Of a stretch of 57,945 nucleotides of DNA, positions 9,520 to 18,142 are shown in pieces. The first letter of the stretch is position 1. Each line of letters begins with the position of its first letter. The position numbers and the translations under genes are program-made. The DNA comes from an uncultured Elusimicrobia bacterium. GTDB lineage: Bacteria > Elusimicrobiota > Elusimicrobia > UBA1565 > UBA9628. Under the pieces are notes generated by a model. It was not told the DNA's origin, did not search any database, and was given only the letters and a program-made list of their open reading frames with translations. The stretch is from positions 1 to 57,945 of the forward strand of contig CAZGVK010000093.1 of the NCBI GenBank assembly GCA_964529095.1, written 5' to 3'.

Positions 9520-10034
9520 GTCCTGCTCCGAACCAGCGGGCTATCGCAGCAGCGATAGGTTCGGATGCGTGCCCATCGCCGTAAGGATTTCGGCCCATCC
9601 TCCGTCGAAAGGAGGCATTCGTCAACAAGCGCGTTGTCCAAAATTCAAGACGGCGGGGCTCAAGGCCGACAAGCAGGCTCGCGCCGCAGGCCATGCTTTC
9701 GGTCCGCTCTGTTTTCCTGCGGACGATCAAGACTGGTTTGCCCAAGCTTACCGCCTCCTCCTGTAGTCCACCGGAATCCGTGATGACAAAAAGAGACCGC
9801 CGTAGTATGGCCAAAAACTCCGCATAAGGCTGCGGCGTCAGAAGACGGATGCGTGGATGCCGCAAGAGTCTTCGTGCCATTTTCGACACGACCGGATTAG
9901 GATGAACGGGATAGACGAAATTAAGATCAACATGCTTCTCTAAGAGCCTGATTAAGGCCGCGCAGATTTTGGCGGCGCAACGCCGCCACGACGGGGACAA
10001 GTTTAATGGCCTCGGGCCGCGTGCCCATGACCAC
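9500..10034 (-). pseudogene. wecB: UDP-N-acetylglucosamine 2-epimerase remnant with an internal deletion and frameshift
   Basis: The C-terminal half is intact in one frame (FVYPVHPNP...ITDSGGLQEE...NPYGDGHAS). The extreme N-terminus (VVMGTRPEAIKLVPVVAALRRQ) sits in another frame at 10034..9970. About 170-180 codons that normally lie between them are missing. Confidence 0.75.
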
Positions 10035-10042
10035 CAGTATTT

Positions 10043-11095
10043 TTACTTGCGGGCTTTGCACAGTTTACAGCTGAGGAAGGTCCAGGCGATGAGCTTGTAT
10101 AAAAGCCGCATGCCGACGTTGGCGTCCCATTCGTCCTTGACTTCGGGACCAGGGGAGACTTCGTTGAGGTCAAAGCCGATGATCTTTCTTCCCGAGCGCG
10201 CGACGAGTTCGATGAGGTGCGCGGCCTCCGCGAACTCGAGGCCGCCGGGGACGGGCGTGCCCGTATGAGGACAAAGTTTGGGATCGAGGCCGTCGATGTC
10301 GAAGGTGATCCAGACCTGTTGAGGCAAGGAGTCGACGATCCTTCCGGCGGTTTTTGTCCAGGGCTCTCCGGCGAAGCGGAAGCGGCCGAGGTCTCCGTCG
10401 TTGAATATTTTCGCGCGCTCCCCCAGGGCGCGCGCGTATTCATTCTCCTGTTCGCAGAAGTCGCGAATGCCGACCGAGGTGATCCGTATGATCTGGGGAA
10501 TGTTCTCCATCGCGTTATACATGATGGAGGCATGCGACCAAGTGAAGCCCTCGTAGGCGAGACGCATATCTAAATGAGCGTCGAAATGCAGCAGTCCGAA
10601 ATCGCCGTGTTTCTCCGCTGCGGCGCGAAAGGCCCCATAGGGGACGCTGTGATCGCCGCCGACAATGCCCGCGATCTTTCCCGCGTCCAGGAGGCTTTTG
10701 ACTTCACGATAGACCCAGTCGTTCACCTTCGCGCCGAGTTCGTTCGTGATTTTCAACGCCTTCTCCAGATCCTTGCGTCCTTCGATTCGTCCTCCAGCCT
10801 TAATGACCTTTTGAGCCGCGGACTTTGCCGTCCTATTCCATGCGCGCACAATCGGCGATTGCGCGCGCATGAAGATTCCCGGCTCATAGGGCCGGTGCAC
10901 CTCTGCGTCGAATAGGTCGATTTGCCCGCTGGCGGCGCGGATAGCGGTTGGACCTTGCGCGGTGCCGCCGCCGTAGGAGGTCGTCGCTTCCCAGGGCACG
11001 GGAACTAGAACGAGGGCTGAGTTCTTTTCTTCGTAGGGCAAACCAAAGATGCCGGCACCTTTAGTGGGCGCGGAGTTGGGATCAAAGTTGAGCAT
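10043..11095 (-). CDS. Agmatinase/ureohydrolase family protein
   Basis: 350 aa with the arginase-fold metal motifs GGDHSV, DAHLDMR and TFDIDGLDP. Confidence 0.8.
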   Translation of the reverse strand: MLNFDPNSAPTKGAGIFGLPYEEKNSALVLVPVPWEATTSYGGGTAQGPTAIRAASGQIDLFDAEVHRPYEPGIFMRAQSPIVRAWNRTAKSAAQKVIKAGGRIEGRKDLEKALKITNELGAKVNDWVYREVKSLLDAGKIAGIVGGDHSVPYGAFRAAAEKHGDFGLLHFDAHLDMRLAYEGFTWSHASIMYNAMENIPQIIRITSVGIRDFCEQENEYARALGERAKIFNDGDLGRFRFAGEPWTKTAGRIVDSLPQQVWITFDIDGLDPKLCPHTGTPVPGGLEFAEAAHLIELVARSGRKIIGFDLNEVSPGPEVKDEWDANVGMRLLYKLIAWTFLSCKLCKARK

Positions 11096-11127
11096 TGGCG
11101 CGGAGCATCACTTTTCCGGACGATCTG

Positions 11128-12186
11128 TTATCGAAGGGCGACGGGAATCGCCGCCTTCACGTCATTGAGCAATGCGTTGAAGCGCCGTTCACGGCGCTTC
11201 TTCCAGCTGCCTTTGTGATAGCCGTATGACGCAAGAACAGGAAGGGCGAGGGTGGCTTCAGAGAATACCATCTGTTCGTCGGTCACGGCGACCTTTCCCC
11301 ACGAGCAGGCCTCGCGCAAGGTTGAACCGGAGAGCGCGCCGTCGCGTTCGTCGGCCACGGTGATCTGCACTGCGTACTTATGCATGATCGGATCGAGGCC
11401 TATCATCTCAGCGCCAACCGTCACATCCTGGGCAAAATTTTTCGGCACGCCGCCGCCGATCATCAGGAGACCGGTGTCGCCGCAGGCGATCTTCACGCGA
11501 ACCAGCTCGCGGAAGTCCTTGGCCGAATCGATCGAAGCGTGGCTTTCGGGATTGTGCCACTGATGATGCAGGAAGCCGAAGCCCGCCGAACAGTCCGAGA
11601 AGGCGGGCACGAAGATCGGAACGCCTTTCTTATACGCGGACAAAACGATTGAATCTTTGACTTTGCCGTGTTTGACGAGGTACTTGCCCATCTCCTCAAG
11701 GATCTCGCGCGAGGAATAAGGCTTCGGTTGCAAGGATCCCACGATCTCGGAGATTTTATTGTCGCACGCGCCGAGTTCATCCTCGTCTATGAACGTGTCG
11801 TAAATGCGGTCGATCCGCGCGCCGCGCAGGGCCATGTCATCCTGCCACTTCGAACCCCTGTAGTGCTTGTAGCCCAGAGCCTCGAAGAAATCTTGGTCGA
11901 CGATGTTCGCTCCGGTGGAGACGATGGCGTCAACCATATTGCTCTCGATCATCTGCCAGATCACTTTCTTGAGCCCTGCGGAGATCAGCGAGCCCGCGAG
12001 GCAGAGGATCACCCCGCAGTCCTTGTCGGCGAGCATCTTATCGTAGATGGCGCTTGCGCGCGCGAGGTCGCGGGCGGAGAAGGCCATCTTAGAGAAGGCG
12101 TCGACGAGAGGGCGCATGTCGATCTTGGTGATGTCGACATGCTCGATCTCTTCCTTCAGTAGATCTGATTTTTTTATATTCGCCAT
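11128..12186 (-). CDS. Deoxyhypusine synthase-like protein (possible homospermidine synthase type)
   Basis: The track ORF extends to 12438. I place the start at ATG 12186 (MANIKKSDLL), preceded by GGAGGG. The DHS-like core is AGSLISAGLKKVIWQMIESNMVDAIVSTGANIVDQDFFEALG. Confidence 0.85.
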   Translation of the reverse strand: MANIKKSDLLKEEIEHVDITKIDMRPLVDAFSKMAFSARDLARASAIYDKMLADKDCGVILCLAGSLISAGLKKVIWQMIESNMVDAIVSTGANIVDQDFFEALGYKHYRGSKWQDDMALRGARIDRIYDTFIDEDELGACDNKISEIVGSLQPKPYSSREILEEMGKYLVKHGKVKDSIVLSAYKKGVPIFVPAFSDCSAGFGFLHHQWHNPESHASIDSAKDFRELVRVKIACGDTGLLMIGGGVPKNFAQDVTVGAEMIGLDPIMHKYAVQITVADERDGALSGSTLREACSWGKVAVTDEQMVFSEATLALPVLASYGYHKGSWKKRRERRFNALLNDVKAAIPVALR

Positions 12187-12330
12187 ATCAAGCTCGGTGA
12201 TCCCTCCGCAGAAATGCGCCTTTATTTTATAACATTGCTTAATGATGCCGGGAAAAAATCGGGCTGTCGGGTTGATTGACAGGTCCATCGCCGTTGCGCT
12301 CAAGTTATTTTCCCGCTTCGCGGAGAGGCT

Positions 12331-12633
12331 ATGATTGATGTAAATTCGCAGGAAGAGGTCGGTGACCTTTTTGTCACAGAAACTTCTTTGACCCTTAAGC
12401 TGTTGCCCAGCCGCAAAAGCGGCACTGTCCCGATCCATTGGTTTGCCAAAGAGGGGGTCACCAATGTCCGCCTGGCGGCGAAAGATATATCGACGCTCGT
12501 CGGCAAGCTTCGCGGTCGTGGCCGCGTCGTCCGCAATTTGACCGTGACGACCAATCGCGGGCTCGACACCGACCTGGGAAGAACGCGCCTCGGTGAGGCC
12601 GTGAAGAAGGCCGGCTTTCTCATCATTTCATGA
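12331..12633 (+). CDS. Hypothetical small protein, possibly translationally coupled to the SDR gene
   Basis: 100-aa ORF in an otherwise 440-bp gap. Its TGA overlaps the SDR ATG (ATGA). The third-codon positions of the 3' two thirds are G/C-rich like real genes here. No recognisable domain, and the start is uncertain. Confidence 0.3.
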   Translation: MIDVNSQEEVGDLFVTETSLTLKLLPSRKSGTVPIHWFAKEGVTNVRLAAKDISTLVGKLRGRGRVVRNLTVTTNRGLDTDLGRTRLGEAVKKAGFLIIS

Positions 12634-13406
12634 GCGGCGGGAGGCTCCCCGGTACTGTCGTTCTGATCACCGGCGCTGGTTCAGGAATGGGCGCGGAAGC
12701 GACGTCCCGCTTCGCCCATGAAGGTGCCAAAGTGGTCGCTTGCGATGTGAACCTTGAGGCCGTCGAGCGCGTCGTGCGGACGGTGAAAGACTCCGGTGGA
12801 CAGGCGCTCGCAGTCAAGATGAACGTCGCGCAAGAGATGGACGTGAAGGCGGGAATCGCCCTCGCCGTAAAGACCTACGGCAAGATCGACTGCCTTTACA
12901 ATAATGCCGGGATATTCCCTAACGATGATTGTTCGGTCACGGATACCGAAGAAAAAGTCTGGGATGCGGTGCTGGCCGTGAATGTCAAAGGCGTGTATCT
13001 TGTTTGCAAGCACGGCATTCCGGAGTTGCTGGCCAATGGGGGCGGGTCGATCATCAATGTCGCGAGCTTTGTGGCCCTGGTCGGCTGTTCCGTTCCACAG
13101 GACGCCTACACCGCGTCAAAAGGCGCTGTGATCGCGCTGACCAAGTCTCTGGCGGTGCAGTATGGGCCTCGGGGCATCCGCTCCAATGCGATTTGCCCCG
13201 GGCCGATCGAGACGCCTCTGCTGACAAAATGGTTGTTGAAAGAGCCCGCCGAGAAGGCGAAGCGCCTTAACCGTATACCAATGGGCCGCTTCGGCAAGTC
13301 CGAGGACATCGTCAATATGGCATTGTATTTAGCGTCTGAGGAGTCGCGTTGGACCAATGGCGCGGCTTTGGTCGTTGACGGCGGCATTACTTCCAACTAT
13401 TTTTGA
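12630..13406 (+). CDS. Short-chain dehydrogenase/reductase (SDR)
   Basis: 258 aa with TGAGSGMG Rossmann, NNAG, and YTASKGAV (YxxxK) motifs. Confidence 0.9.
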   Translation: MSGGRLPGTVVLITGAGSGMGAEATSRFAHEGAKVVACDVNLEAVERVVRTVKDSGGQALAVKMNVAQEMDVKAGIALAVKTYGKIDCLYNNAGIFPNDDCSVTDTEEKVWDAVLAVNVKGVYLVCKHGIPELLANGGGSIINVASFVALVGCSVPQDAYTASKGAVIALTKSLAVQYGPRGIRSNAICPGPIETPLLTKWLLKEPAEKAKRLNRIPMGRFGKSEDIVNMALYLASEESRWTNGAALVVDGGITSNYF

Positions 13407-13407
13407 C

Positions 13408-14844
13408 ATGCTGACCAAGCTGTGGATCGACGGCAAGGCCGTCTCCGCCCGGTCCGGCATGACCTTCCCTGTTTCCAATCCGGCCGACGGGAGCCTTGTG
13501 GCGAAAGTGGCGCAGGGCGGAGCGCCGGACATCGGCGCCGCCGTGACTGCCGCCGTGAAGGCGGCTTCCGGTCCTTGGGCAAAAATGACCGCGCGTGAGC
13601 GCGGACGGATCCTTCTCAAGATATCAGGGCTCATCCGCGACAATTTAGATTCATTAGCCCTGCTCGAGTGCCGCACGGCGGGCAAGCCTCTTGGCGATGC
13701 CCGCGAGGAGATGGGCCTTGCCGCCGATACCTTTGAGTACTACGGCGGCGCCGCCAATAAATATTTTGGCGAAACGATCCCGGTCGCGGGCCAGGGCCTC
13801 GATTACACCTTGCGCGAGCCGGTCGGTGTGTGCGGCCTCATCGTGCCGTGGAATTTTCCGCTTGTGATCGCGGCATGGAAGCTCGGCCCCGCGCTTGCGT
13901 GCGGCAACACCGTAGTGCTGAAGCCCTCGCCCGAGACCCCGCTCACAGCGTTGGCGTTGGCCAAGCTTGCCGCTGCAGCGGGGCTTCCCGAGGGCGTGCT
14001 CAACGTGGTCCCCGGTCCGGGACCTGGCTGCGGCTCCATCCTCGTGGAGCATGAGCTTGTGCGCAAGATCTCCTTTACCGGTTCGACGGCGACCGGCACG
14101 AAGATCATGAAGGCGGCGGCCGACGGGATCAAGCGCATTTCTCTCGAACTTGGCGGCAAATCACCCACCATTGTTTTTGACGACTGCGACTTTGATCTCT
14201 GTGTTGAAAAATCAGTTTGGTCTGTCTTCTATAATGCCGGTCAGGATTGTTGCGCGCGTTCTCGTATTCTGGTCCAGCGCTCTATCCACGACAGGTTCGT
14301 GGCCGCTCTCGTGGCTCGAACAAAGAAATTCGTCGTAGGCCATCCCGAAAAAAAAGGAACGCAGATCGGCCCGCTCATTTCCGCGCGCCAGCATGACAGG
14401 GTCTCTGGTTATATCGCTTCAGGCAAGGCTGAAGGAGCAAATCTTTTATGCGGCGGCATCCGGCCCGGAGGAGCGCCGCCGAAAGGCCACTATATGACGC
14501 CCGTTATTTTTTCCGGCGCCGAAAACAATATGCGGATCGTCCGTGAAGAAATTTTCGGACCTGTCGCGGCCGTCATCCCCTTCAAGGATGAGGCGGAGGC
14601 GATTCAGCTCGCCAATGACTCGGCCTATGGCCTGTCCGCAAGCCTCTGGACGCGTGATGTCGGCCGTGTTCTGAGAGTGACGCGCTCCGTGCAGAGCGGC
14701 GTCATCTCGGTGAACACAAGCTCAAGCGTCCATCTGGAAGCGCCATTCGGCGGTTATAAAAGCTCGGGCCTTGGCCGCGAGCTCGGCTTTAAGGCGCTCG
14801 ACTTATATTCCGAGATCAAGAATATTTTCATCTCTAATTTATGA
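13408..14844 (+). CDS. NAD(P)-dependent aldehyde dehydrogenase
   Basis: Start moved to ATG 13408 (MLTKLWIDGK), just after the SDR stop. ALDH motifs are present: VPWNFP, ELGGKSP, and GQDCCARSR with the catalytic Cys. Confidence 0.9.
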   Translation: MLTKLWIDGKAVSARSGMTFPVSNPADGSLVAKVAQGGAPDIGAAVTAAVKAASGPWAKMTARERGRILLKISGLIRDNLDSLALLECRTAGKPLGDAREEMGLAADTFEYYGGAANKYFGETIPVAGQGLDYTLREPVGVCGLIVPWNFPLVIAAWKLGPALACGNTVVLKPSPETPLTALALAKLAAAAGLPEGVLNVVPGPGPGCGSILVEHELVRKISFTGSTATGTKIMKAAADGIKRISLELGGKSPTIVFDDCDFDLCVEKSVWSVFYNAGQDCCARSRILVQRSIHDRFVAALVARTKKFVVGHPEKKGTQIGPLISARQHDRVSGYIASGKAEGANLLCGGIRPGGAPPKGHYMTPVIFSGAENNMRIVREEIFGPVAAVIPFKDEAEAIQLANDSAYGLSASLWTRDVGRVLRVTRSVQSGVISVNTSSSVHLEAPFGGYKSSGLGRELGFKALDLYSEIKNIFISNL

Positions 14845-15667
14845 GAGAGGCCGCGTCGCGATCGCAGGCTCCAAGCCTGGGCCAACGGTAAAGCGCGTCG
14901 GCGTTGGCGCTCGTGCGGCGGGCGACCTCCTCAAGAGAAATACCCCACACCTCGGCCAGTTTCGCTGCGATCTCAATGATGGCAACGGGCTCATTGCGCT
15001 TTCCGCGGGAGCTTTGCGGAGGAAGATAGGGGGAGTCGGTTTCAAGCACGACGGCGTCTGGGCCGACGCGGCCAAAGGCCGCGCGCAAAGCGTCATTTTT
15101 CTTGTAGGTGATCGGGCCGTCGGCGCCAAGCGCTAAGCCCAGCGCTGCGCATTCCGCGGCATCATCCGGCGTGCCGGTAAAACAGTGAACGACGCCCCAG
15201 AAGCGCCGGTCGGCGGGCCGGCCGCCATGAATATTTTTTAGAATCGGAAGAAGATCGAGAAATGCGTCGCGGCAATGAATGACGACCGGAATGTCCCAGG
15301 ATTTGGAGGCCAAGGCTATTTTTTCGAACGCGTGCCGCTGGATATCGCGCGGGACCGAGGCCTTCGCGTAGTCAAGCCCGATCTCACCGATGGCAACCGC
15401 TTGTGGGGCGGTATTGAGCGCCGCGCGTAAATGAGGGATGAAGGCGGCGTTGTATCGATCCGCATAGTATGGATGCAGGCCCAAAGCGCAACGCACGCTA
15501 TCGGGTCGTTCTCTCGCGATGGCGATGGCGCGCGTCCATTCATCGGGATGATCGGCGATTTCGACGATGCGGGCGACTCCAGCCGCAGCCGCGCGCGCGA
15601 AGACGCAGTCGCGGTCGGCGTCAAACTGCGGATCGCCGAGATGGGCATGCGTATCGACAAAGGTCAT
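14834..15667 (-). CDS. TatD family metal-dependent hydrolase
   Basis: 277 aa. FVDTHAHL at the N-terminus, with the conserved His/Asp pattern along the sequence. Confidence 0.9.
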   Translation of the reverse strand: MTFVDTHAHLGDPQFDADRDCVFARAAAAGVARIVEIADHPDEWTRAIAIARERPDSVRCALGLHPYYADRYNAAFIPHLRAALNTAPQAVAIGEIGLDYAKASVPRDIQRHAFEKIALASKSWDIPVVIHCRDAFLDLLPILKNIHGGRPADRRFWGVVHCFTGTPDDAAECAALGLALGADGPITYKKNDALRAAFGRVGPDAVVLETDSPYLPPQSSRGKRNEPVAIIEIAAKLAEVWGISLEEVARRTSANADALYRWPRLGACDRDAASLIN

Positions 15668-17109
15668 TGCGCGGAGAAGCGCGCCAATAAAGACAGCGCT
15701 TCGGGGTCATTCTCTGAAGCGAGGTAGCGTGCGCGGATTGGGGCGGCCTCCGGCAGCGTGGCGAAGTAATGGTCAAGAACCATCACCTTGGCGAAGGCAC
15801 GGACGGCGGGATCGGCGTCGCGCAAGGCGTTCGTCAGCGCGGGAAAGGCATTCTTGCCGTCAAGATCGGCGAATAGGTTGAGCGCGCGGATTCGCACGAG
15901 CGGCTTGCCGCTGCCGAGCCAGGCGTCTCGGCGCGCATGGACGGCCGCGCGTTCTTTTTTCCCGATTTCAAACAGCGCGAAATCGGCGTTGCGGCGCACG
16001 ATCTCGGCATCGTCATTGAGGAGCTCGCCTAAACGGTCAATCCAGCGAGGGTCCTGGAACGAGGCCGCGCGCTCGCAGGCCTCGGCGCGCAGCGAGGCGT
16101 CATCAAGGGAGAATCGGGCGCCGAGGCTTTCGACCGGCGCGTTTTGGAGCAGAGACTTGCGGCGCACGTCGAGGATCTCGCGGATGCGTCGCTCGATGGG
16201 ATCTCCGCCGACGGCAAAATCGGGATTCATTCGATAGAGAGCCAGATAAAAAGGCAGAGCGCTTTCAGAGTCGGCGTGGTGCTTGTCATAGATTTGCGCC
16301 AGCTTCGCGGCGGTATATAAATTGTCGGGATTCCCATCCCATGCTAAAGTGAGCCAGCGCAGCGCGTCGTCTATGGCCTTATTTTGGAGCGCCAACGCGC
16401 CCATGATCTGCGCGGCGCCGGCGTGATTCGGATTCTTAGAGAGAGCCTCGGAGGCGACGGCATGGGCGAGGGGAAGGTTGCCGCGCGCAAAGAACGCCAT
16501 GCCCAGGGCCTCCAGTTTCCCGGGGTGTCCGGGATCAGCATGATGAATATCCTCCAGAGCGGTCCGGGCGAGGTAAGCGCTTTGCGAGTTTTCCTCGCCT
16601 GCGGACAGGCGCGACAGGGTGTCGAGGGATTGGCGACCTTCGGGCGTGTCGGGATATCTGCGCGCGATCTCAGCGTGGATGGGGATGCTCAGCGAGGCTT
16701 CTCGCAGGCCCTTGAGGCGGAGGCGTATTAATTCCGCCGGCCCGCCGGCGCCGAGTGTAACTTCAGCGTGGGCGCGCAGGAAGGAGTCGTGGCTGAACAT
16801 CTGCCGCGCGGCATAGAGGACGTAAAAGGAGTCAATCGATCGGCCCGCTTTCCACAGCGCGTTCGATAGGCGCAGATGCGCATGGATATTGAGAAGGCGG
16901 GCGCGGAATTCATTGCGGGCGGAGGTCAGGCCCTCGTCAGCCTCGGTTCGAGACGCAGGGTTTAAGAGCATGACGGAACTCGTGTCGGCGGCTGACTTGA
17001 ACCAATTCAGCGCCATGATCGCGTAGGCGGAAAACGCGGCCGCGATCATGAAAAGCGAAATCGCGATCAGCCCGTTCGTTCGACGCGACTCTTTCATCTC
17101 GCTTATCAT
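15664..17109 (-). CDS. Membrane-anchored TPR/HEAT-repeat protein
   Basis: Track ORF trimmed to M at 17109 (MISEMKESRR), followed by a TM helix (LIAISLFMIAAAFSAYAIMAL). TPR-like repeats in the middle and HEAT-like repeats at the C-terminus. Confidence 0.6.
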   Translation of the reverse strand: MISEMKESRRTNGLIAISLFMIAAAFSAYAIMALNWFKSAADTSSVMLLNPASRTEADEGLTSARNEFRARLLNIHAHLRLSNALWKAGRSIDSFYVLYAARQMFSHDSFLRAHAEVTLGAGGPAELIRLRLKGLREASLSIPIHAEIARRYPDTPEGRQSLDTLSRLSAGEENSQSAYLARTALEDIHHADPGHPGKLEALGMAFFARGNLPLAHAVASEALSKNPNHAGAAQIMGALALQNKAIDDALRWLTLAWDGNPDNLYTAAKLAQIYDKHHADSESALPFYLALYRMNPDFAVGGDPIERRIREILDVRRKSLLQNAPVESLGARFSLDDASLRAEACERAASFQDPRWIDRLGELLNDDAEIVRRNADFALFEIGKKERAAVHARRDAWLGSGKPLVRIRALNLFADLDGKNAFPALTNALRDADPAVRAFAKVMVLDHYFATLPEAAPIRARYLASENDPEALSLLARFSAQ

Positions 17110-17167
17110 AGAAAAAATGCCCGCCCCTAGGACGGCGGGGCGGGCGGCGCCAACGCTTAAAAGCGTC

Positions 17168-17422
17168 CTATTTCGAGAAGAATTTCCAGCGCCGGTCGGA
17201 GTCGCCGGGACGCTTGAGCAGGTGCTCCTCGACGTGAGTCCAGGATTCGGCCTCATCAGGCGGCATCGTCATGCGCTGCCAAGCCTTTTCGCTGTCTTCA
17301 AAGCGTTTGACTAGAACTTCGAGATGCGAAACTTCATCGGCGGACATTGCCTCGACAGCGGCGATCTTGCGGTTTTTGCGGGGGGGCGTCTTGATGGCGG
17401 CGCGTAAAACCTTCTTTTTCAT
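17168..17422 (-). CDS. Hypothetical small charged protein
   Basis: 84 aa with an AGGAGG 8 nt upstream of the ATG. No recognisable family. Confidence 0.4.
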   Translation of the reverse strand: MKKKVLRAAIKTPPRKNRKIAAVEAMSADEVSHLEVLVKRFEDSEKAWQRMTMPPDEAESWTHVEEHLLKRPGDSDRRWKFFSK

Positions 17423-17430
17423 TGGTGAAC

Positions 17431-17470
17431 CTCCTAGCCCGAGACGCTGTGAAGAGGCTCGGGCTAGGAG
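17431..17470 (-). promoter_or_regulatory. Perfect 13-bp stem-loop overlapping the Shine-Dalgarno of the 84-aa ORF
   Basis: ctcctagcccgag (17431-17443) is the exact reverse complement of ctcgggctaggag (17458-17470), with a 14-nt loop. On the minus strand the 3' arm contains the GGAG of the AGGAGG upstream of ATG 17422. Confidence 0.4.
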
Positions 17471-17556
17471 TGTAGCCGGACTTCACGGTTTCCGCAAGGG
17501 AGGCAGGATCGAAACAATATCCATGGGCACTGAAGGGCTAGCCAACGCGAAAAGAC

Positions 17557-17934
17557 CTATTCCGATCCAGCCCCATGTTGCTTAAACAGATTAAAAAACC
17601 ATGCTATCGGATCGGCGAAAAATGTATTTGCAGAGGGCCTGCCTATTTCATCAGAGCGACTCCCGCGAGCATCACTCACTGGAGACTTTTTAATCAATTC
17701 TACTTGCAGTGTCTTGGGTGCGCCTTTGCTTCCATGAACCAAGGGCGTCAATGTCTTGGCCGGCAATTCGCCGCCCAGGATCACGGCAGGGGCCTCCTCC
17801 TGAGAACACAGGAAGGCAGGCTGGGTGCAGTTAACTGCTGCATTCAGGTCTGGCCACCGCGCCGGACGCGCCCCGGCCTGGGAAGCGAAGCTTCCAGCAA
17901 CGACCGCAGACAGCAATAGATTTTTCTGTTTCAT
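17557..17934 (-). CDS. Hypothetical secreted protein
   Basis: Start set at MKQKNLLLSAVVAGSFASQAGA (signal-like), preceded by GGGGAGAAG. No domain recognised. Confidence 0.4.
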   Translation of the reverse strand: MKQKNLLLSAVVAGSFASQAGARPARWPDLNAAVNCTQPAFLCSQEEAPAVILGGELPAKTLTPLVHGSKGAPKTLQVELIKKSPVSDARGSRSDEIGRPSANTFFADPIAWFFNLFKQHGAGSE

Positions 17935-18142
17935 AATCTTCTCCCCAACAGTGCCGACACCGATAGGGTATCCTCGTTCCAAATGCTGCGCCTGGGCCGA
18001 AAGGGTAATCTCGAAAAGTCTTTAGACCTATATGAATGAGCCGACAATGAGGGCACAGCGGCGGCCAAATTTGGCGCGGCTTTTGGCCGCACTCATCTCA
18101 TTGACCCGACATCACCATCTTTCTTACTCTTAATGGAGTCAC

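Noticed and set aside
10003-10533. A 176-aa ORF upstream of the wecB remnant that could have been its missing N-terminal half.
   Set aside because: It is an alternative frame of the agmatinase gene, and its translation has no epimerase motifs. The real wecB N-terminal tip is at 10034-9970.
12300-12626. A 108-aa minus-strand ORF in the DHS/SDR intergenic region, and the 5' extension of the DHS ORF to 12438.
   Set aside because: The translations are Arg/Ser/Pro-rich and not protein-like. The DHS family sequence begins at MANIKK (12186), which has a good ribosome-binding site.
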